Shown here in pieces: positions 25,971 through 35,141 of a DNA stretch of 64,000 nucleotides. The stretch covers positions 213,584 through 277,583 of IMG/VR virus record IMGVR_UViG_3300031993_000004. One strand, written 5' to 3'. Under the pieces are notes generated by a model. The model was not told the DNA's origin. It saw nothing but the letters and a program-made list of their open reading frames with translations, and did not search any database. The position numbers and the translations under genes were made by a program. This stretch comes from a virus (Duplodnaviria > Caudoviricetes). The stretch's first letter is position 1. Each line of letters begins with the position of its first letter.

Positions 25971-25995
25971 AGATGGGGGCGCGAAGCCCCCATCT
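25971..25995. terminator. Hairpin terminator with U-tract on minus strand, between convergent genes
   Basis: AGATGGGGGC-gcgaa-GCCCCCATCT preceded by an A-run. Confidence 0.8.
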
Positions 25996-25997
25996 GT

Positions 25998-26282
25998 TCA
26001 ATTCGTATATGTCAACTCAGAGACGTCACCGTCCCTGATGCATCTGATCGATATCTGGCACATCCCGTTGTTCGAATTATCGAACTGGGTGTACCATCCG
26101 ATCAGGATGGTGTCCATCGTCTCTGTATCTATAACAATGGAACGCGAATTCGTCCGGTAAACCCAGTTGCCCCGGACGAATTCTATGATCTCTAACGAGC
26201 TTCCGTAACGGAACTCGATTCTATTTCCCGGGACTGTGAATGCACACCCCAGGATATATAACGGAATATATTTATATTTCAT
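25998..26282 (-). CDS. Hypothetical protein
   Basis: ~94 aa, GAAAGGA RBS before ATG 26282. Confidence 0.55.
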   Translation of the reverse strand: MKYKYIPLYILGCAFTVPGNRIEFRYGSSLEIIEFVRGNWVYRTNSRSIVIDTETMDTILIGWYTQFDNSNNGMCQISIRCIRDGDVSELTYTN

Positions 26283-26327
26283 TTGTTTCATCCTTTCCTT
26301 TTCCTTTATTTTTTCTTTCAAAAAAGA

Positions 26328-26351
26328 ACGGCTGTGCGTGTGCGCAACCGT
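26328..26351 (-). terminator. Intrinsic terminator
   Basis: Minus strand ACGGTTG...CAGCCGT followed by TCTTTTTT. Confidence 0.6.
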
Positions 26352-26369
26352 CCCTTTTCAACTGCGGGA

Positions 26370-26936
26370 TTAGAACCCACAGTTGACCGAGCCCTTAAGC
26401 CCGGCGGTACCACCTGCGTCGATCGTCGCAGGATCGATTCCATCGACGTCGATGTTGACGCCGCGCTTGGACTTGGACGTGGCAACGATAGTCATGGCCG
26501 TCAGGCCGCCGACCATGGCAAGACCGGCAACGGCAGTCCCGATCAAGACTCTACGTCCGACACGGGCGTTTTTGACAGCTTCCTGCTGGGTGATAGGGAG
26601 AGCTTCAAACTCAGCCTTTCTTGCCGCGCGCCGTTCCTTGCGGCTCGGCTTCAATGCCTTAGCGGCTTTGCGCTCTTCGCGAGCAGCCTTACGCTCAGCG
26701 CGCTTTTCAGCGCGTGCAGCCTTCTTGTCAGTTGCGGTTTCTGCAACGACGTCGTCGGCTTCTGCAGCGTCGTTCATCTCGGTGTTGAGATCTTCGAAGA
26801 CCTCAACTGCGTTCTCAGCAGTATCTGCTGCAGCTTCCACTGCGATTTCATCCGTCGTTGTGACGATCTCGGCTTCCTGCTGCACCTGCTGTGCCTTGGT
26901 GGTGGCTTTCTTGGTATTGGTAGTATTCTTTTTCAT
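26370..26936 (-). CDS. Putative early membrane-anchored Ala/Glu/Lys-rich protein
   Basis: ATG 26936 behind the conserved leader; acidic then basic helical blocks and one C-terminal TM (VLIGTAVAGLAMVGGLTAMTIVA); GC-rich biased codons. Confidence 0.75.
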   Translation of the reverse strand: MKKNTTNTKKATTKAQQVQQEAEIVTTTDEIAVEAAADTAENAVEVFEDLNTEMNDAAEADDVVAETATDKKAARAEKRAERKAAREERKAAKALKPSRKERRAARKAEFEALPITQQEAVKNARVGRRVLIGTAVAGLAMVGGLTAMTIVATSKSKRGVNIDVDGIDPATIDAGGTAGLKGSVNCGF

Positions 26937-27002
26937 AATGGTCCTCACTTTCTCCTCTTACGAGGTTGCGGCGACGCTAAGCTTCTGCGCCGCCTAAATC
27001 AA
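26931..27002 (-). promoter_or_regulatory. Conserved structured 5' leader, copy 1
   Basis: TTGATTTAGGCGGCGCagaagcttaGCGTCGCCgcaaCCTCgtaaGAGGagaaagtgaggaccattATGAAA; 43 nt identical to the copy at 63915-63986. Confidence 0.85.
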
Positions 27003-27055
27003 ATTTTATTATGAATATTGGAAGTTGTTTTTACACTTCTTCCTTTATTCATAAT

Positions 27056-27063
27056 AATAATAT
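27056..27063 (-). promoter_or_regulatory. Putative early promoter ATATTATT
   Basis: TATATATTATTATTATGAA shared with the 63866-63885 region; followed by a 5' hairpin. Confidence 0.7.
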
Positions 27064-27112
27064 ATATATGAAATATTAGATTTTCCGCAGAATTATTCCT
27101 TTCTGGATACAC

Positions 27113-27120
27113 ATATTATT
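27113..27120 (+). promoter_or_regulatory. Putative early promoter ATATTATT for the replication operon
   Basis: ACATATTATT followed by a CCCG...CGGG hairpin upstream of the polymerase gene. Confidence 0.6.
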
Positions 27121-27196
27121 TGCCCGATGACCCCGGGACTATCTAACAATCCATATTGGGTTTATCATGAAAATTCAGGAAAGTGAGGAATTGTTT

Positions 27197-29047
27197 ATGG
27201 CTGAGCTTATCCGTTCAAATCCCCCGAAGCCTATGAATTATTCCACGGATTCGGTATTATTTGATGTCAGATATTACCGGCAATCCAGTCAAAATAAAGA
27301 GTGCTTTGAGGTTATAACTTGGAATCCTTTGACACGTCAATTGGAAGTGAACTATGAAGAACCGATCATTGATATCTGGTTCTTGAAACCGGAATTCCGC
27401 ACAAACACATATCAGATTGCACAGGTGAACAAAGATCAATGCTATCCATTCTATTGCAAACCGTCTCAGGTTTCACGAGTAATTGCCCAGGAGATTGGTG
27501 GAGAATGGGAAGACTGGTATATGACCAATCGAGACCAATATGACAGAAATGATGTGACGAAACATATGTGTGAATGCCCATGGGTATTTGCAGCAGACTT
27601 TGAACCAACTGTGCACTTCCGCCTTAGATGGTTTGAGCAATATGGAAAGACCATCGATCTGACAAAGGTCAGTACAGCACAACTTGATATTGAGACCGAT
27701 GTCATTGACAGACCCGCTGATCCGAAAGATATCTGGAATTCTCCCAATCCGATCAACGCAGTGTCATTGATACTCCCTCATGTCAAGATTGCAGTATTGT
27801 TTGCATTGGGTCCGCGTCCGAAACATAAGATTGATCAGAAGTTTTGGCCGTATCTGGAGATGCAAGAAAAGGAATACAAGTGGCTGTGCGAACATCAGGA
27901 TGAATTTAAACGCATGATGCGTGAAGATGATCCTGACAACATGAAATGGTTGGAAGGATTCGATATCCGATTGCACATCTTTGAATATGATGATGAAATC
28001 AAAATGATCAAAACCGTATTTGATTACATCAACAAATATCGTCCGATGTTCTTGGAATCATGGAACGCGAAGTTTGACCATCCGAGACTGTGGCACCGCA
28101 TTGAATATCTTGGATATGATCCGAAAGATTTCATCATCCCGAAAGATTTCAAGACGAACAGAATCTTCTATCAGGAAGATCAGTCTGGCAACTTCCAGAT
28201 GAAAAACTCTCGAGATTGGTTCCAGACATCAACGTACACAATCTATATCTGCCAAATGAGATTGTTTGCGGCAATTCGGAAGTCACAACAAGAACGCCGT
28301 TCATATTCGTTGAATTCTGTCGGCAAAGATATGTGCAACATTGTGAAATTGACAGATACGAAATCCGGATCATTCCGCACGTTTGCATACACAGACTATC
28401 TGAAGTTCCTGCTATATAACTTCCGTGATACGGTTGTTCAATATGCAATCGAGCACACGACAAACGATTGTCGTACGTTGGTATCACGTTCATTCAACTT
28501 TGCGACGATATATTCCAAGTGTTTCCAAGAGACACACATCGTACGAAATGCGCGTGAGTATTATTACCGCAAATTTTCGAATACGGTACAAGCGTGTCGT
28601 TTGATTGTTGACAGAGATCTCGATACTGCATTCAAAGGTGCATTCGTTGCGCCGCCTGAAAAGAATGCACCGACTGGTTTGATCTTAAATGGTAAGAACC
28701 ACAATAACATCATATTCGGTGCATTGGATGCTGATGCCGCATCCTACTATCCATCCACAAAAATGGGTATGAACATGGATCCAATGTCCTTGCTGTACAA
28801 ATGTATCATTCCAAACAGTGTATTTGAAACGGGCGAGTGTGTAAACCGTTCATTGAATCAGGTATACGAATGGAATGACTCGAAGAACAAGCCACACCCA
28901 GAAGATATGTCGGGACCAATTATCAATGCATTCAAGAACAGAAATGTGTGTGCATTGATGAATAACTGGTTTGGTCTTCCAACGATTACTGAGTACATTG
29001 AATACTTGGATGCATGTGATACAAAAATAACAGAAAGAAGGATGTAA
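27197..29047 (+). CDS. Family B DNA polymerase, N-terminal subunit (3'-5' exonuclease plus motif A) of a split enzyme
   Basis: ExoI LDIETD, ExoII WNAKFD, YSLNSV, ExoIII YNFRD, FKGAFV, motif A DAASYYPS; motifs B and C are absent. Confidence 0.88.
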   Translation: MAELIRSNPPKPMNYSTDSVLFDVRYYRQSSQNKECFEVITWNPLTRQLEVNYEEPIIDIWFLKPEFRTNTYQIAQVNKDQCYPFYCKPSQVSRVIAQEIGGEWEDWYMTNRDQYDRNDVTKHMCECPWVFAADFEPTVHFRLRWFEQYGKTIDLTKVSTAQLDIETDVIDRPADPKDIWNSPNPINAVSLILPHVKIAVLFALGPRPKHKIDQKFWPYLEMQEKEYKWLCEHQDEFKRMMREDDPDNMKWLEGFDIRLHIFEYDDEIKMIKTVFDYINKYRPMFLESWNAKFDHPRLWHRIEYLGYDPKDFIIPKDFKTNRIFYQEDQSGNFQMKNSRDWFQTSTYTIYICQMRLFAAIRKSQQERRSYSLNSVGKDMCNIVKLTDTKSGSFRTFAYTDYLKFLLYNFRDTVVQYAIEHTTNDCRTLVSRSFNFATIYSKCFQETHIVRNAREYYYRKFSNTVQACRLIVDRDLDTAFKGAFVAPPEKNAPTGLILNGKNHNNIIFGALDADAASYYPSTKMGMNMDPMSLLYKCIIPNSVFETGECVNRSLNQVYEWNDSKNKPHPEDMSGPIINAFKNRNVCALMNNWFGLPTITEYIEYLDACDTKITERRM

Positions 29048-29050
29048 CCT

Positions 29051-31327
29051 ATGTCAGTTATGTGCTTTGATGATGATATTCCGTCGATCAATCTTGGAGA
29101 AACTTCCAAACGTTACATGTCATTATATGGTATGAATATCATATTGCAACGTGCGATTCCTATGTTGACTGATGGGTTGAAACCGATCCATCGCCGTATC
29201 ATCTGGGCAATCAAACGCGCATCAAACGGTGATCAGATGAAGGTTGCTGAGATTCAGGGTGATACGATGAAGTTCTCTCCGCACTCTGAACTCGGAACTC
29301 GTTTCATTGTTGCTGGATTGGCACAGCCGTTTGCCAATAATGTCCCGTTGTTGGCGTCTTCATCTGGATATGGTACACCGACTTGTGGTGATGATGTTGC
29401 TGCTGCCAGATATTGGAGTGCGGGTATATCCAAATTCGCGATGGAAGTATTCTTCAAAGAATTTGACCCGAATGTAAACATGAAAGACAATTATGATGGG
29501 AAATATCGGGAACCGATTACGTTTCCATCGAAGTTTCCAACGATTCTGTTGAACGGCTCCCATGGTATTGCATACTCCATGTCATCTGATGTGCTCCCAT
29601 ACAATATCAATGAAGTCGCAGACGCAACAATCAAGCTGCTGAAGAACCCGCAAGCAAAAGTAAACTTGATTCCAGATTCACCGACAGGTTGTGATGTGAT
29701 TAAGCGTGACGACACAACGTTCATCTTCCAGTCTTCATATGAAGTGGACAATGTTAACTATACAATCACGATTAAGAACACTCCGGTCGGTGAATATCTG
29801 ACCGATATCGATAAGAAACTTCGTGAGATCCAGTTGTCGGCAAATCCAATCAAAGAGATCATGTCTGCAGACAATGAATCCGATTTGATTGAAGGCGGTT
29901 TCCGGTATGTCATTCGTTGTAAACCATGCAACCTGTATCAGGTGATCAATACGTTATTCCGTCGCGTACCGGGATTCCGGATTACTGTGTCAACACGTAA
30001 CTGCAGCGTAGTTGACGCGAATAACCAGGTGCAATATTACAATGAACGACAAATCCTTTTGTCATGGATTGCCAACCGTTTGATCGAAAAGCGTGCATGG
30101 TATCTGAGACGTCTCGTTCTGGTGTCTACAGAATACAATATGCTTGACGGCAAGCGTTTCATGTTGTCTCCTGAGAATTTGTCAAAGACCATTCGAGTAT
30201 TCCGAAAGTGTGAGACTGAAGAAGAAATCATCCAATCGTTGGTTGATGCATATAATGGTAAAGTCTCAACATCACAAGCAAACTTTGTCTCTGGTCTGAA
30301 GATGTCAAAACTGACAAACGGTGAGTACAAGAAAACAATTGCACGAATCGAAGAGATCTCCGAAGACATTACGAATTTGAAGGCAATCGTCAATGATCCG
30401 GAATGTGTTCGTGACAAAATCATTTCTGACATCAAAGATATCAGAAACAGATTCGGAAATCCGAGACGTTCAAAGATTCTGAACAATCAGGGTGGAGAGA
30501 ATGTCAATATCGGAATCTGCCAGATCTTGACAGATGGAACGGTCTTATTCTCAGAGACAGAAAATCTGAACCATTTTGCATCAGATGTGACACCTATCGA
30601 TGGTGATGAAGTGTGTCTCATTGATCAATATGGTAAATCGTTATGGGTTAATGTCAACCAAGTCCCGCATGACACACCTATCGCATTGACGGCTATCGGG
30701 AAAGAACCGATGGGTGCGTGCATCGCAGTAATTCCCCGGTCGTCACGATCAATTGTGATGCTGTCGAATCATGGCCGCATTAAACTGATGCCGATCGAAA
30801 AGATCCCGTCCAACCAGTCCAGAAAAGCATTAATGCCTCTGAATGATGGTGAATACATCGTGTCGATTCTGAATGTTGATCAGAATTCTGAAGACCTGTT
30901 GGTATATACCTCGGATGGATATGGAAAACGATTCTCTGTATCTGATCTGAATTCTGTCAATTCTCCGGACGCGCAAGGTCAATTCATCGTGAAGGGGTAT
31001 GAGGTTGCTGGAATATTTGCAGTAAGTTCCAGTAAACCGTTCATTTTCTATGCTACACGGCTGGGACGAGTTCGTTTGAACAATGCCCGCTTCCTGGTTA
31101 CAGGAAAGAAATTTGCAGGAGTGAAGCCAATCATCAAGCTGTCGCAGCAGGATGATTTGGTATCCGTATTCTGCGCAGATAAAGATCAGAGTGTGACATT
31201 GTATCATGCGGATGGACGGAGTTCCACTATCAATCTTGAATCATTGGATGTCGTCACAACAAATACCCCGCCGGCCAAACCGAAGCATGTTCCCGCAGTG
31301 AAAGTCATCAGAGCAACATTGTCATGA
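29051..31327 (+). CDS. gyrA: Type IIA topoisomerase subunit A (GyrA/ParC-like)
   Basis: RAIPMLTDGLKPIHRRII, SPH, catalytic AAARY, FPTILLNG..GIA, C-terminal beta-pinwheel blades. Confidence 0.92.
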   Translation: MSVMCFDDDIPSINLGETSKRYMSLYGMNIILQRAIPMLTDGLKPIHRRIIWAIKRASNGDQMKVAEIQGDTMKFSPHSELGTRFIVAGLAQPFANNVPLLASSSGYGTPTCGDDVAAARYWSAGISKFAMEVFFKEFDPNVNMKDNYDGKYREPITFPSKFPTILLNGSHGIAYSMSSDVLPYNINEVADATIKLLKNPQAKVNLIPDSPTGCDVIKRDDTTFIFQSSYEVDNVNYTITIKNTPVGEYLTDIDKKLREIQLSANPIKEIMSADNESDLIEGGFRYVIRCKPCNLYQVINTLFRRVPGFRITVSTRNCSVVDANNQVQYYNERQILLSWIANRLIEKRAWYLRRLVLVSTEYNMLDGKRFMLSPENLSKTIRVFRKCETEEEIIQSLVDAYNGKVSTSQANFVSGLKMSKLTNGEYKKTIARIEEISEDITNLKAIVNDPECVRDKIISDIKDIRNRFGNPRRSKILNNQGGENVNIGICQILTDGTVLFSETENLNHFASDVTPIDGDEVCLIDQYGKSLWVNVNQVPHDTPIALTAIGKEPMGACIAVIPRSSRSIVMLSNHGRIKLMPIEKIPSNQSRKALMPLNDGEYIVSILNVDQNSEDLLVYTSDGYGKRFSVSDLNSVNSPDAQGQFIVKGYEVAGIFAVSSSKPFIFYATRLGRVRLNNARFLVTGKKFAGVKPIIKLSQQDDLVSVFCADKDQSVTLYHADGRSSTINLESLDVVTTNTPPAKPKHVPAVKVIRATLS

Positions 31328-31331
31328 AAGG

Positions 31332-31562
31332 ATGAGATCGATGAAATTGAAGGCCTTGCTTACGAAGAAGATTGTTTTGCCATCAAAGATTCAGAAGAAA
31401 GGTGGACACAAAGTTCTGACCAAAACCGAGGATTTCCGGCTGTATGCGATTCGTGATAAGAACGATGAGATTCTCGGTACAATACTTCTGACAGATGGAC
31501 AGTTTGAAGTGTTAAACAACGCCATCAATCCGGAAGGAATATTTGTCACGACAGGGAAGTGA
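31332..31562 (+). CDS. Hypothetical protein
   Basis: ~73-76 aa filling the gap in the operon, AAGGA RBS. Confidence 0.6.
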   Translation: MRSMKLKALLTKKIVLPSKIQKKGGHKVLTKTEDFRLYAIRDKNDEILGTILLTDGQFEVLNNAINPEGIFVTTGK

Positions 31563-31567
31563 GTTAA

Positions 31568-33097
31568 TTGTCATTCAAAGTGACAATTCGTGCGACGTCC
31601 ATAACGGTGCAACCGGGAGAGGAAGCAATGCTCCCGTTAGCACCGTTATTGGATATGCATGAATACGAAAATGAATACCAGGAAACAACCAGTGTGTTGG
31701 GATACATGTATGATGAAGAGCATGACACATTGTATTTCCACAAGGGAGTTGATCTGGATTATCTGCGTCGTCTGTTGGGTGACGTTGAATTTGCATATGA
31801 CAGATTTGACGAATACAAACAGATGAACTACCAGTTCGAAGAAGCTTTCTCTCCGCGTGATGATGACCAGCAGGACGTCATCGATTTCATTTCTGCCAAA
31901 CCGCCATACCGAGATAATATCGCTGAACCACAAATATTTGTGGTGAAAAGAGGTGGATTCGGCAAGACATATTGTGCTGGATATGGCATGGGCGTTCTCG
32001 GAATGAAAACGCTCATTATCATGCACAGAGACACATTGCGCACGCAATGGATGAACTCATTGTACGATTTGAATGGATACCCATCATCTGCAGTGTATGA
32101 ACTCACATCATCTGCTGAATTGGACGCCATTGCGCGGGGAGAACTTAAACTTGATTATGACGTGTATCTGATGACACATGCAACATTCCAAGCCGCGTGT
32201 AATCGGCTTCGAGATTGCGAGTTAATCAGAAACATCACGAAGAATCTGTACATCGGATTTAAGATTATTGATGAAGCCCATCTGTATTTCAAGGATACGC
32301 TGTTGATGGATTTTCTTTTCAATGTGAAACGGAATCTGTATCTGACAGCAACAGATGGCAGATCATCAAAAGACGAGAACGCAATTTTCCGTCATGCATT
32401 CTCAAAAGCAATCTTTTACCGAAAGCAGTCAATAACTGGTGAGAAGCATCCATCTAAATGGGTTGAATATATCACGGTTGATATCGATACACATTGCAAA
32501 CCAAACGTGTATAAATATCGTGTGAACGGCGGTCGTGGAATGTCCGCAATCACGTATGGCAAATGGGTGATTCAATACGACAAAAAACAAACACACTTCA
32601 AAGTGTGTCGCGATATCATCAAAGAAATCTATGCACAAGAACCTTCTGCAAAGGTTATTGTCTTCATGCCACTGATTGATCTGTGCACAGATTGTGCCTA
32701 TTTTCTGAATATGGAATTAAGTAATGACGAATCATTCGAGTATTCGCTTGACATCAAAACAGTCAATTCTCACAATTCCAAATCAGAAAATGATTACAAT
32801 AAGCATCACGCTGATGTTATTGTAACGACGGTTCAATCGCTTGGTACCGGTCAGGATATTCATGGTATCACTGACATCATATGTTGTTCACCATTGGTTT
32901 CGAAGATCACAACGCAACAGGTTCTGTGGCGTATTAGATATATCCCGAAACCTTGTCACTACTACGACATCGTAGACACATCTGTACCAGCTGACAGATA
33001 CTGGTGGCAATCTCGTTCAAAGACATTGAAAGCAATGACAACGAAGTATACACACATCTCATGGAGCGAGGAGGTGACGAATAATGACACCGATTAA
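31568..33097 (+). CDS. Superfamily 2 helicase, UvsW/Rad25-like
   Basis: GFGKT (I), IIDEAH (II), LTAT (III), SLGTGQDI (V), QVLWRIR (VI variant). Confidence 0.88.
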   Translation: MSFKVTIRATSITVQPGEEAMLPLAPLLDMHEYENEYQETTSVLGYMYDEEHDTLYFHKGVDLDYLRRLLGDVEFAYDRFDEYKQMNYQFEEAFSPRDDDQQDVIDFISAKPPYRDNIAEPQIFVVKRGGFGKTYCAGYGMGVLGMKTLIIMHRDTLRTQWMNSLYDLNGYPSSAVYELTSSAELDAIARGELKLDYDVYLMTHATFQAACNRLRDCELIRNITKNLYIGFKIIDEAHLYFKDTLLMDFLFNVKRNLYLTATDGRSSKDENAIFRHAFSKAIFYRKQSITGEKHPSKWVEYITVDIDTHCKPNVYKYRVNGGRGMSAITYGKWVIQYDKKQTHFKVCRDIIKEIYAQEPSAKVIVFMPLIDLCTDCAYFLNMELSNDESFEYSLDIKTVNSHNSKSENDYNKHHADVIVTTVQSLGTGQDIHGITDIICCSPLVSKITTQQVLWRIRYIPKPCHYYDIVDTSVPADRYWWQSRSKTLKAMTTKYTHISWSEEVTNNDTD

Positions 33098-33452
33098 AAC
33101 AATTACTGATCTTTTGTCACGACATTCAATTCGTGTACGATCGGCTGCGTTGTCAATGATCTGTCCGTGGCTTGTGTATTTCATACTGGATTCATTCACG
33201 GATATGTGGTATATATACCAGGCAGCGATTTCATTTGCATCGTTCATGTTGTTGTATCAGATCATCGTCGCTATGACAAAACGAAACTTGAAGATGGATC
33301 TGATTGCATACAATAAACAGCGCGATGAAGAGAACCACGAATTCATTACGATGATCCTGGATGGGAAACTTTATACCGATAATCATATAATGGATGCAAT
33401 CGAAGCTTTGGTGAAAGAGAAGCAAAAACGTGAGACAGATGGACAAGATTGA
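33084..33452 (+). CDS. Small membrane protein with 2 TM segments
   Basis: 122 aa, GGAGGTG RBS, two hydrophobic segments. Confidence 0.65.
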   Translation: MTPIKTITDLLSRHSIRVRSAALSMICPWLVYFILDSFTDMWYIYQAAISFASFMLLYQIIVAMTKRNLKMDLIAYNKQRDEENHEFITMILDGKLYTDNHIMDAIEALVKEKQKRETDGQD

Positions 33453-33477
33453 TAGCGGGGCAATGCCCCGCTATCAA
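33449..33477. terminator. Bidirectional hairpin terminator
   Basis: TTGATAGCGGGGC-aat-GCCCCGCTATCAA between convergent genes. Confidence 0.8.
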
Positions 33478-33483
33478 ATCTCA

Positions 33484-33963
33484 TCATTCATCTTCAGGAG
33501 GAGAATCATCATTGGTAACAACACTCGGAGGTGCAATAAACTCAGGGAACTCAATCGAAGGATCCAGTTCATGGATTTTGTTTTCCAGCCATGCGCGGTA
33601 ACGCTGGTCGTCGACGGTGACCCATGTTATGAGTGAGGTCAACCTCTTGTTGAGATCGTCGACGGTCTTCTCGAGATTCTTGTTCGAATTCTGGAGATCT
33701 TCCACCTGTTTATGCAAGCTTTCAATCTCTGCGGATGCGGACTCTTTGAACTCATTGTATTGGCGTTTAGTTTCTTCATTGAGCTCTTTGAACGACTGCT
33801 TGATGTAGTCCATCTCAGTCTGTTCATTCTTGATACGAAGAGCATCAGCCTCTGCTTTGTACTTCTTCTTTGAGAAGAACATAGTCAGAATACTTGATAC
33901 TCCGCTACCACCGATAAGTGCACCAATGATTGCGACGATTGAGTTGAGTTTTTCTGTTTCCAT
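33484..33963 (-). CDS. N-terminal TM plus coiled-coil protein, possibly lysis-associated
   Basis: IVAIIGALIGGSGVSSILTMFF followed by a long heptad helix; near the holin. Confidence 0.65.
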   Translation of the reverse strand: METEKLNSIVAIIGALIGGSGVSSILTMFFSKKKYKAEADALRIKNEQTEMDYIKQSFKELNEETKRQYNEFKESASAEIESLHKQVEDLQNSNKNLEKTVDDLNKRLTSLITWVTVDDQRYRAWLENKIHELDPSIEFPEFIAPPSVVTNDDSPPEDE

Positions 33964-34107
33964 GCGAATTACCTCATTTCTTAAGATTAAATTATTAGAA
34001 CATAGTGCATCGTGAAATTTTTGTTTTCACTTACATTTGAGTTTTCTGACATACAAACACGTTAACATGTCGGCGACATGTAAATCAAACTTTTCTAGGA
34101 GGGTTAT

Positions 34108-34356
34108 ATGAGAAAAGGCACCAAGTTTATCAAAGTGGAAATTGAAAAGAACGGCATGCGTGCATACGTAATCGACAAGCACCAGCAGGTTTCAAAATTC
34201 GACCTGACCCGAAGACAACGGAAAATCTTTGAACAGTATTTCCTTTCAGATTTCCTTGATCGAGTTCGTGCCGAATTCAATGCTGATGTAATTGACGAGA
34301 ACTTTGTCATTACAAACGAAGGCAAAACCGTATATCCCATTTCTGATGACGAATGA
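34108..34356 (+). CDS. Hypothetical protein
   Basis: 82 aa, AGGAGGG RBS. Confidence 0.7.
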   Translation: MRKGTKFIKVEIEKNGMRAYVIDKHQQVSKFDLTRRQRKIFEQYFLSDFLDRVRAEFNADVIDENFVITNEGKTVYPISDDE

Positions 34357-34359
34357 GCA

Positions 34360-34383
34360 AGGTGGGCGCCGAAGCGCCCACCT
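34360..34383. terminator. Bidirectional hairpin terminator, UUCG loop on minus strand
   Basis: AGGTGGGCGC-cgaa-GCGCCCACCT. Confidence 0.78.
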
Positions 34384-34388
34384 CTTCA

Positions 34389-34850
34389 TTAATCAATTTC
34401 ACCGTTTTTGTCGATCTGTTCGTCACCAGCGTCATCATCCGACAGAAATCGAATCGTTGCATCTATCAGTTCAAGATGCTCTTCATTGTCGTGTGTGGGT
34501 GCGTTGACGTCGTCTTCATCATCGGCATCTTCGTACAATTCATCATCATAATTGTCATCGGTGTCAGAAGGTTTCTGCAACTGTTTGACAACTTGATGAT
34601 AGCCGGTTGCTGATGCGCCGCTCGCAAAACCGATGAATACTGCTTCGACTACATTTTTGCCCATGTCAACATCGGGCATAAAGAAGCCGATGATTGCCAG
34701 AATCACACCGAATGCAAGTGAGAACAGAGGAATGAAACGTTTGATCTTTTCAACTCCGGTCTCTCCACCAATTGCATTGGCGATAATTTTGACAATCTCG
34801 TTCGCGGCCACAACAAATGCGGCAAGAGTAAACATGCTGAAATCTGCCAT
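34389..34850 (-). CDS. Holin with long acidic C-terminal tail
   Basis: KRFIPLFSLAFGVIL...AVFIGFASGASATGYHQVVKQL, a 3-TM Firmicute phage holin pattern. Confidence 0.8.
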   Translation of the reverse strand: MADFSMFTLAAFVVAANEIVKIIANAIGGETGVEKIKRFIPLFSLAFGVILAIIGFFMPDVDMGKNVVEAVFIGFASGASATGYHQVVKQLQKPSDTDDNYDDELYEDADDEDDVNAPTHDNEEHLELIDATIRFLSDDDAGDEQIDKNGEID

Positions 34851-34934
34851 AAAAAATCCTCTCCTTTACATATATATGATGTATTCGATATCAACATCAG
34901 TATGTCGATATTAATAATTCGTGGAGGTGTTATT

Positions 34935-35141
34935 TTGGATAAAGATACTATCCAAACAACATTGGCACAAGTACGGGTTTTTGAGAAAAGAACCATGACA
35001 AAAGGTCGAGACAAAAGAAACGAAGTTCTGACTGATAAAGTGGGTAAGTCGGAAATCAAAAGAACAACACGAAAGGATGGTCCGAAACATGAGCTTGGAT
35101 CCGAGAATCGCGAAGAAGCTGTTTCAGGATGTCACGAGTGA
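34935..35141 (+). CDS. Small basic hypothetical protein
   Basis: GGAGGTG RBS then TTG 34935; overlaps the next gene. Confidence 0.45.
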   Translation: MDKDTIQTTLAQVRVFEKRTMTKGRDKRNEVLTDKVGKSEIKRTTRKDGPKHELGSENREEAVSGCHE

